The notes beneath the pieces are model-generated. The model was given only the letters and a program-made list of their open reading frames with translations. It searched no databases and was not told where the DNA came from. Of a stretch of 64,000 nt of DNA, positions 55,421 through 64,000 are shown in pieces (position 1 is the first letter of the stretch; each line of letters opens with the position of its first letter). The position numbers and the translations under genes are program-made. The stretch is from the human T2T-CHM13v2.0 reference genome, Homo sapiens. The stretch is taken from the NCBI RefSeq assembly GCF_009914755.1, contig NC_060929.1. One strand, written 5' to 3'.

Positions 55421-55916
55421 TTGTCATGCACCACATGATGGATGGCGATGAACCGTATATATGACTGTGGTCCGGTAAGATTATAATAGAGCAGAAAAAT
55501 TTCTCACCTGGTGATATCATAACCATCCTAACATTATAGCACAGTATATTATTCATGTGTTTCTAGTGATGCTGGTGTAAACCTACTGTGCTGCCAGTCA
55601 TATAAAAGCATAGCACATACAATTATGTATGGTACATAATACTTGATCATGATAATAAATAACTGTTACTGGTTTATGTATTTACTATACCATACTTTTA
55701 ATTGTCATTTTAGGTTATACTCCTACTTATATATATTTTTTAAGTTAACTGTAAAACAGCCTCAGACAGATCTTTCAAAAGGTATTCCTGAGGAACGCAT
55801 TGTTATCACAGGAGACGACAGCTCCATGCATGATACTGCCCTGAAGACTTCAAAGCAACAAGATGTGGAAGAGGAAGATGGTGATTTTGTTGATCCTGAC
55901 CCCATGCAGGCCTAGG

Positions 55917-55964
<48 letters not shown>

Positions 55965-56602
55965 TTAGTTTTTAACAAAAAAGTTTTCAAAATTTAAAAA
56001 AGTTTTAAATAGAAAATGGCTTATAGAATAAGGATATAAAGAAAGAACACATTATAGAGTGGTATAGTATGTTTGTGTTTTAAGTTGTATTATTAAATGA
56101 GTCAAAAAGTTTAAAAAATTAAGAAGTTTATAAAGTAAGCTACAGTAAGCTAAGGCTAATTTATTACTGAATAAAAATATTTTAAGATAAATTTAGTATA
56201 GCCTAAGTGTACAGTGTTTATAGAGTCTACAATAGTATACAGTAATGTCCTAAACTTTCACATTTACTCCATTCATCCACCGACTCACTCAGAATAACTT
56301 CCAGTTCTGAAAGCTCCATTCATGGTAAGTGCCCTATATAGGTGTACTATTTCTAAAATCTTTTATACTGTATCTTTACTCTATCCTTTCTATGTTTAGA
56401 TATGTTTAGACAAACACCATTGTATTCTAATTACCTACTGTATTCAGTGCAGTCACATGCTGTATAGGTTTGAAGCCTAGGAGCAATAGGCTATACCATG
56501 TAGCCTAAGTGTGTAGTAGGCTGTACCATCTAGGTTTGCGTAAGTACACTCTATGATGTTCATACAAGGACAAAATCTCCGTTGTTAATCAACACATGAC
56601 TG
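55421..56602. mobile_element. Tigger3 (Tigger3b-like) DNA transposon relic inserted in an old L1M
   Basis: Termini gtcatgcacc... / ...cacatgactg; internal gtggtccggtaagattataat and cctaggagcaataggctatacca...taagtacactctatgatgttc. Confidence 0.85.
55921..55962. repeat. Perfect (TG)21 microsatellite
   Basis: Read directly. Confidence 0.98.
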
Positions 56603-57506
56603 CACATGTAACAATATGTTAACAATGATTAACACGATTGTACATGTAACAAAATGTTAACAACAAAATGTTAACAATGGGCTTATACTTACTCTTTCAT
56701 GTTGTTTTTCTGAATTTTCTCATGTTTCTATGGTTAAGCATGAATTCTTGGTGTAATTTTAAGAAAAAAGAGTTAACAAGAGGAAAAGAAAAAAACTGGC
56801 CTAAAATACATTTCAAGGAATTTGGGAGGCTTGGGAAACACAGAAAAAGTCTTACAGCAGAAAGACCTATATTTCGATTCCACTGAGGCAACTGAAAGGG
56901 TGAGGTGGAGCCTAAAGGTACCAAGTCACCTGGTAGTTGGCTAGTATTTGTCCAGTGTCACGTGGTTAAGGAAAATGCCAATAATCCCGATCTCCAGCTT
57001 CCCCAGACAATGCCACACCAGCCTCCAGCCAGCCTCACTTAGAAACCTGTCAGCATCAGAGCCTTTTCCCTCCTATTTGAGGTCTGGCGATCTGCACAAA
57101 GCAAAGTGACCCATGCTCTGTGTCACTGGGCCAAGTTTCAAGGATGGAGCCCACTGTACCTCTTTCCCACCCCCAAGAGGGAAAGGTGAGGCAGGGGGCT
57201 TCAGGGCAAACATTCCAGCCAGTGCTCCCCAAACCATCAACGAGGCACCACCACCAAGTCTCGGGGCCTAATGAGGAACGATTGCTAAACAATCTGATTA
57301 CTCAATTTTTTAACTTTGCTACACACACAAACACACACGTGTTCACACAATATAAGCAGCAGAGAAGTATCAGTTCTGGGTTTCTGCAGTTGCTACATTT
57401 TTATATTTTCCGGTTGAAAATTGCTTCATTCTCTGCAAATATCCTTCCCACTTCATCTCTAGCCTTCCTGCTTTACTGAGAGCCCTGAAACTCCCCATGC
57501 CTGGAG

Positions 57507-57600
57507 TTTCTTTCTATTTTACTTTCTTTTATTTTATTACTTTCTATTTTACTTATTTTATTACTTTCTATTTTACTTTCTTTCTATTCTACTTTCTATT
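57507..57600. repeat. Degenerate T-rich tandem array (unit ~tactttctatttt)
   Basis: Repeated tttctattttact / ttttattac units. Confidence 0.85.
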
Positions 57601-58446
57601 GAGTTTTTTAGTTCCTTATATATTTTGGATACTAACCTCTTATGAGACGTATGATTTGCAAACATTTTCTTTAGGTTGTCTCTTCACTCTGTTGATTGTT
57701 TCCTGTGCTATGCAGAAACCTTTTAGTTTGGTGCAATCCCAGTTGTCTATTTTGCTTTTGTTGCCTGTGCTTTGGGGATCACTTCCAAAAATCATTGCCC
57801 AGACCAATGTCAAGAAGATTTTTCCCTATATTTTTCTTTAATAGTTTTACAATTTCAGGTCTTACATTTAAGTCTTTAATCCACTTTGAATTGATTTTTT
57901 ATATAGTGTGAGATAAATGTCATATTTTATTCTTATACACAGGTAGATATCTAGTTTTCCCAACATCCTTTACTAAAGAGACTATCCTTTCCCCATTGTA
58001 TATTATTGACACCTTGTCAAAGATCAATTAATGGTAAATACATTAATTTATTTCTGGGCTCTCTATTCTATGTATCTGTTTTTATGGCAGGATCATGCTG
58101 TTTGATTGCTGTAATTTTGTAGTAGATTTTGAAATCAGGTAGTGTGATGCCTCTGGCTTTATTTCTTTTTTGCTCAAGATTGCTTTGGCCATTCAGAGTC
58201 TTTCATGGTTCCATATAAATTTTAGGATTGTTTTCCCTATTTCTGTATAAAATGCCACTGGAATTTTGATAGGCATTCCAATGAATCTGTAGATTGCTTG
58301 GGGTAGTTAACAATATTAATTATTTCTAACCATGAACATGGAATATCTTTCCATTTATTTGTGTCTTCTTCAAATTTTTTCATCAGAGTCTTACAGTTTT
58401 CCATGTACAGGTCTTTCACCTCCTTGGTTAAGTTTATTTCTAAGTA
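57596..58446 (-). mobile_element. L1MA-type ORF2 fragment
   Basis: Antisense ORF2; ORF 58237-58554(-) includes [34 protein letters not shown]. Confidence 0.88.
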
Positions 58447-58755
58447 TTTTTTTTTTTTTTTTTTTTGAGACGGAGTCTCTCTCTGTCGCCCAGGCTGGAG
58501 TGCAATGGCGTGATCTCGGCTCACTGCCTTTGAACCTTTGCCTCCTGGGTTCAAGCAATTCTCCCACCTCAGCCTCCTGAGTAGCTGGGACTACAGGTGC
58601 ATGCCACCACATCTGGCTAAGTTTTGTATTTTTTGTAGAAACAGAATTTCACCATGTTGGCCAGGCTGGTCTCAAACTCCTGACCTCAAGTGATCTGCCC
58701 ACCTCGGCCTCCCAAACTGCTGGAATTAACAGGCATGAGCCACCATGACTTACCC
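58447..58755 (-). mobile_element. AluS (Sx/Sz-like)
   Basis: Poly(T) then gagacggagtctc...ccaggctggagtgcaatgg...ctcctgacctcaagtgatctgccc. Confidence 0.93.
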
Positions 58756-59969
58756 ATTCTTTCCTTTTAAACAGCTCCATATAAATCTCATAGAGATTCC
58801 TGTTGGACTGGCCTGAATGATATGCTCTCTGCACAAATCAGATGACTTGGGAGATAAATAAGCTTATTGACTAAAACTTGGGTCACATGCCTTCCCCTAG
58901 CTACTCCAAAGAAAAATTGAGGTGATGTTATCAGAAGAAGACAGAAAGGATGGAGGTCAGGCAAAACACTAGACAGGTGTGTGGTGGTCTTAGAAAGACT
59001 GCTGAGGGTATAGGTAAGGACTCCTCAAGGGTCAGCAGTTCTAAGGACCAATCATGTCAATAGCTCAGAAGCTCAAAGGTTTTAGAGAAAGTGGTGGAAA
59101 CAACTTTCAGAAGCATCCACACTCCGGAGCTGAATCATCACAACTCCTAAATTCAGGGAAATATAGACTCATGTAAGCAGATGTGTTTCAAAAAGGCCTC
59201 ATGGAGAATGTAGGACTTGCACTGAGTCTTCAAGAATGGTTAGGATTTGGGCTGAAAGATGGGGAGGGAGAGTAGCAGTAATAATCCGGGCCTGCATGAA
59301 TAAAGGCAAGGAGTCTGGCTCAAATGCGGAAAACCATGGTGGGAGAGGAAGAGCCACAGCCTCACTATGAGATCAGCCTATAGGAGATGAGGAGGCATAC
59401 TGGGCAAGAGGAGCAAGGGGTTTGAGTCTCCGGACTAAATTGACATTACTGAAAGTAGTGATTAACTTTCCCTCTGTCCTCCTCCTCTTTTTGCCTCTGA
59501 AGTTTTAACATTGTCAATATTTTGATTCTCCCTTGGTCTAAATTTAGGGGCTTTCTGTATTCCATTCTAATTGTTCCAAGGAGCAGGGTTGCAGAGCCCA
59601 TGAGCCACATACAGGAAAGCATTCCCTCCAGCCCCTTCCCCTGATCCACCCCAAGCACATGCTTTACCCTATCAAGTGTCTTTTATGCCACAAGCCTGAG
59701 GTATCCATCCTCTCAGCAAGGTGTCCATGCTGCCGAGCAACAGGTGCGTGTTGACAAAGTTAAGGAACTCAGTTCCTAGGAGATGTAGTAGCTTAATTAG
59801 ATCACTAGTAAGTAGAGATAAATATCTATTGTCATTCAGGAGAAAGCAAGGGGCTTGCAGACTGGGGCACAAAACAGGTAAGGAATGGAGAAGAAAGAGT
59901 TAAAGAAAAGTCTGAGAACAAGGAATCTTTTCAGAGTCTGGGAAGGCGGTCAAGTGAGAAGCCTGAACA

Positions 59970-60350
59970 TACAGCGAAAAACACAGGCTTGGAATCAGAG
60001 AAACCTCAGTTTGAATCTTTCACTTACTAGCTGGGGGCAGAACTTAATCTCTTTTTGTAGATGAGGAACTGCAGGTTCCTTATCAACAAAACAAGGATAA
60101 TAAAACTTGTGGTTTATTGCAGTTTTAATAAAGATGAAGGAAATAGAGTGCCTTGTTCTTCAGATCATTGTTCTGCCACTTCCCTGCTGTGAGTCCTTGG
60201 TCAGATTAACCTCTTTAAACTGCAGTTTCCTCATCTGTAAAGTAGAAATTATAAAAGCCCGTAGCTCCTAGGGTTGTGGTGAGGATTAAATAAGAAGATG
60301 CACATAACGAGCTCAATACAGTGGCTATTGTAATCACCCAATACGTGTTA
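59970..60350 (+). mobile_element. Two MIR fragments
   Basis: ggcttggaatcagag...; cagtttcctcatctgtaaa...gggttgtggtgaggattaaataag. Confidence 0.7.
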
Positions 60351-60384
60351 ATGATTATGATGGTGATGCTGAATATATTAATTA

Positions 60385-60890
60385 AATCAGTTAGGATGCT
60401 TGCAACTGTATGTGACAGAAAACCCAGGCAGAAGTGACTTAAACAGCAAGGATATGTTATTATTCACATGACAAGAAGTCCTGAGTTCAAGATGTTCCCG
60501 AATGGATAATTCATTGGTTCAAAGATTTCATCAAGGACTTAAGTTCTTTCCTGTCTTCACTCAGTTTCTCAGCAAGTTGGCTGTTTCTAACTTGGGTTGT
60601 CCCCTCATGGTTGCAAGATGACTACCACTACTCCAGATATGATATCTTCTAACACCCTCCCACAGTGGAAGAAGGAAGAGAGCACTCTTTTCTTTTTAAG
60701 ACAAAAGAAAATTTTTCTGGAAACCACCATGCACCAGCAGACTTTCCCTCATATCTCATTAACCAGAATTCCTATACATGCTGATGCCTGAACCTATCAC
60801 TGGCCTCTGAAGAGATGAACAAAATCATGCCTCTGTGAGCAAGCAAGAAGGTGGTTGTGGTGGTTGAGAAGGCAACTGACATCAACCACC
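60385..60890 (-). mobile_element. Old MaLR (MLT1) LTR
   Basis: tcagttaggatgctt...gacagaaaaccc...gacttaaaca..., cctcatggttgcaagatgact..., cagcagactttccctcatatctcatt. Confidence 0.65.
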
Positions 60891-61374
60891 TCCATAATGG
60901 TGATGAAAACTATGGGCTCTTAGAGGACAGAGTTCTGGGAGGGAAGAGAGCCACATCTGGGACAGAGGTGAAGAGGACACTACAGTCATTTAATGGAGCT
61001 CCTAAGAGAAGAGTCTTTTGAGTCACAAAATTTGGAGTCACAAACTGAACTCTTGGCTCTGCCATTTCCTAACTGTGCAAACAAATTATTTACCCTCTAT
61101 GCCTTTGTTTCCACAGCTATCGAAGGCCAACATCTAATGGAAGCTTGAAAATAAAATTAAGCCACACAGAGTATGTGATTAATAAGTGAAACTATCATTA
61201 GTACTTCTGGCTGAGCAACAGGCACAGGCATCAGATTGGTTGTTATACCAACAGTCATTGAAATTATTGAATATAAACATTAAGTCTAGATGCAGTGCTT
61301 CAATAGACTCTTTCTTCTCCAGGATGAGAAAGCTTGCTCAGAATGAAGAGACAAGAAGTGGTTGTGGAGACAAA

Positions 61375-61560
61375 CAGGATTCAAAATCAGATCCCACTGC
61401 TACCATTTAGGGAAAGTTATTGGGAAAGTTACTGAATCTTGGGAAAGTTATTGAACTGCCTTGTGCTCAGCTTTCTCATCTGCAACAGAGAGTAACAGCT
61501 CATTAAGTTATGAAGATTAAACAAGTTAATACAAATGCCTGCGTGTAAACTGTGAATAAG
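61375..61560 (+). mobile_element. MIR with internal triplication of gggaaagtta
   Basis: gggaaagtta at 61410, 61422 and 61441, then ctcagctttctcatctgcaa. Confidence 0.6.
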
Positions 61561-63254
61561 GGCAGCCATTGTTAGCATGTTTACTGTTTTCATATAAAGA
61601 TGCAGTTACTCTATTCTGTCTTTTATTTACTTTGCTAATTGTCACTACAAGAGGAGCAGTGAAAAATCTGGCTTCAATTCTTGTTCTTTCTCTTAGGAGC
61701 CACATGGCCTCCGAGTATCAGGTACTCCTTCAGTAAAAAGATTGGCCCACTTTTCTCTCCAGAGATGAGAGGTTCCAAATAAAATGTTTTGAAGACTGAA
61801 ACTCAACATATGATGTCTCATTATTTATACGTATTATCTCCTGCGATTCCAATTTTTGTCTCATTCTTTCTTATCACCTACGCTTTTCTTTGGCTTCCTG
61901 CCTGGAACTTTTTCCTATACTATTTCACTACTTACCATAATCTCCAATATCTCTACTTTCTCTTCTATCCAAATCTTTATGCATCATTACTTACAATCTC
62001 TTAAATGTGCCTTAAACTTTTCTTATAGGATAGTGGTGTGTATATACATACATTTAAATTTATTTTAAATTTAATCTCTCCTTCTCAGCCCCACAGAGAC
62101 TGGTATTAAATTAGCATATGTAAAACGCCAAAGAAGCATATAGTAGTGATTACTATAAACGCTAAATAAAATATGATTTCAACACCTGTTTGCTGAGGTC
62201 CTACTGTGTGTATAACACTGTGCTACAGAGATGACTGTAACAAGAGTTCCTGGCCTCAAAGAGGTGACATATTCCAGTTTGGGAGTTAAGACTTGTAAAT
62301 AAGTAAGCACTATACATAAAACACTTCTAAAATAGTAAAGGCCTTTTAGAAAGATTGATGGGTTTATGTGACCCAGGTGGCAACACAGCACCCTCTCTGC
62401 CCACCAAGATGGTGTTCAACCCCAGCAGCAACTAAGACGTCGAAAAAGATGTTCTGATGCCTAACATAATGAGAAAAATGGCCAGAGAGAGGTATTCTGA
62501 AAAAGTTCAAGATTTTACCAAGTGTTGCAAGAACTCTGGAATCCTTATGGTGGTAAAATACTGGAAATAAAATTCTGCATTGAAAGACTGTCTTAACTGC
62601 TTACTATAATGATCCAGTCTTTTACAAAGAATACAAAATGGAATACCTGAAGGAATGTAAGAACTCAGAAAAACTGGAATTTCTACTAAGTTAAAGCTAC
62701 AGAAGCTTCCCATAAGCATGTAGGCAAATATTTGAATGTCACTCAGAACTCTAATACTCACGGAAGTCATTTCTAGTATAAATCACCTGAAATAATAAAC
62801 TCAAGATAAGAATGTGTGTTTGCTTTATCCTAATTATAGAAATATTAATTTTATCTGAAATCAAGATCTTTTATTAAAAAGAAATTGATGGATTTCAGAG
62901 ACTTTGAAGTGGATGTATCTGGAAAAAAAAAAACCACTAAAAGCATTAACTAAAAAAAGGTGAATTTTCTTTAACAACATTTAATATCTTAAATGTTTCA
63001 GATTATGTCATTTTTCCAGAACAAATGAAACCTGGATGACAACTTGCTATAACTGTATTTAGATATTTATCAATTCCATCTGTTCATTCTTTCTTGATCC
63101 TTCCTGAGGAGGAAGCAGACTCTGGTTGTGTGTCACAGGGTGGGATTGTGGCCCCTAACCTGGGTGTTTAACTCCCAGACAACAGAATGCTCACCAGGGT
63201 GCTTTATTAACAGTCTTTATTGGATGGAAGGTAGAATGAATTCCCTTTAACATT

Positions 63255-63560
63255 TCTGTTTCAGTCTGTGTTCTTGGTGATAAACAACAGAAACCAACTC
63301 TGACTATATTAAGGAACAACATTTATTAGAAGGTTCTTAGGGGCTCACAGTCTACAGCAGGCTAAAGGTCAGGCTTGGAACACAAGCGGGAATCAAGGCT
63401 TCTCCACACAGACTAAGGCATCAAGACCACAGCCAGTCTCCCTCCTAACATTCATGAGGCCCAGAACAAGAGCACAAATAGAGCCCATGGTTGAGCTCAC
63501 AACCTACTCACTTTTTCATCCTAGCCCCGCCCCATTTCACACCACAAAGGCCCTTAAACA
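63255..63560 (-). mobile_element. Old MaLR-type LTR
   Basis: tcttggtgataaacaacagaaaccaactctgact...atttattagaagg...ggctcacag. Confidence 0.5.
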
Positions 63561-64000
63561 CACTGGTGAGAACACTCAGCCCTCTTGTCTAAGCTCTTTC
63601 TACACATTGCTCACATTCCCAAACAGATGCTCCTGCCACTCTGAGGACCTGTGATTGCAAACAGTGGTGGCCTGATCTGCTCTCACAGGCTTTGGGCCCT
63701 TTGGGCAGGGAATCCCAGGATTCTGGGTACCCAGAGTATAGTCTAGGAGGATAGTCTAGAGAATATGGACTCTAGGTGAGCAGAGGTGAAGCCAGAAGAG
63801 ATCACAGTGGGGCCCTCTATAGCCCAGGGGGGCCCTCCTGTCCAGGTCTAAAGAAGATCCTGCCTACAGCAAAGGTCTGTCACACAGCAAGACTCATTGG
63901 GGCTGCCTGGAACCACACTACTGGCATGAATGTCTACTGTTAGCAATGCAACAATGGGACACCACTCTCTCAAGAGGCCACATACAGGTGGCATCATCCA

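Overview
AT-rich, CpG-depleted primate (most likely human/hominoid) non-coding genomic DNA. I find no supportable host protein-coding gene, tRNA, rRNA or CRISPR array. The only recognisable protein homology in the ORF track is LINE-1 ORF1p/ORF2p. Much of the window is interspersed repeat: a full-length but inactivated L1PA5-like element (13.8-20.1 kb), a HERV-K(HML-2) LTR5B-like solo LTR with a 5-bp target-site duplication (TSD), truncated L1PA3/L1PB/L1M pieces, several Alus, MaLR/ERVL/ERV1 LTRs, DNA transposon relics (MER5, MER58, MER81, MER102, MADE2, Tigger3) and MIR/L2/L3 remnants. Family and subfamily names come from my recall of consensus sequences, not from a RepeatMasker run, so boundaries of old elements are approximate. 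The most unusual signal is a set of five locally templated insertions or repair-like scars: two ~150-bp non-tandem duplications and three rearrangements inside one L1, two of which share a copy/return/stutter junction. There are also retrotransposition oddities: a ~20-bp minimal Alu-tail insertion with an 18-bp TSD, and two L1s with short 3' extensions and second poly(A) tails. I see no evidence of a new gene-encoded system; these look like mutational footprints.
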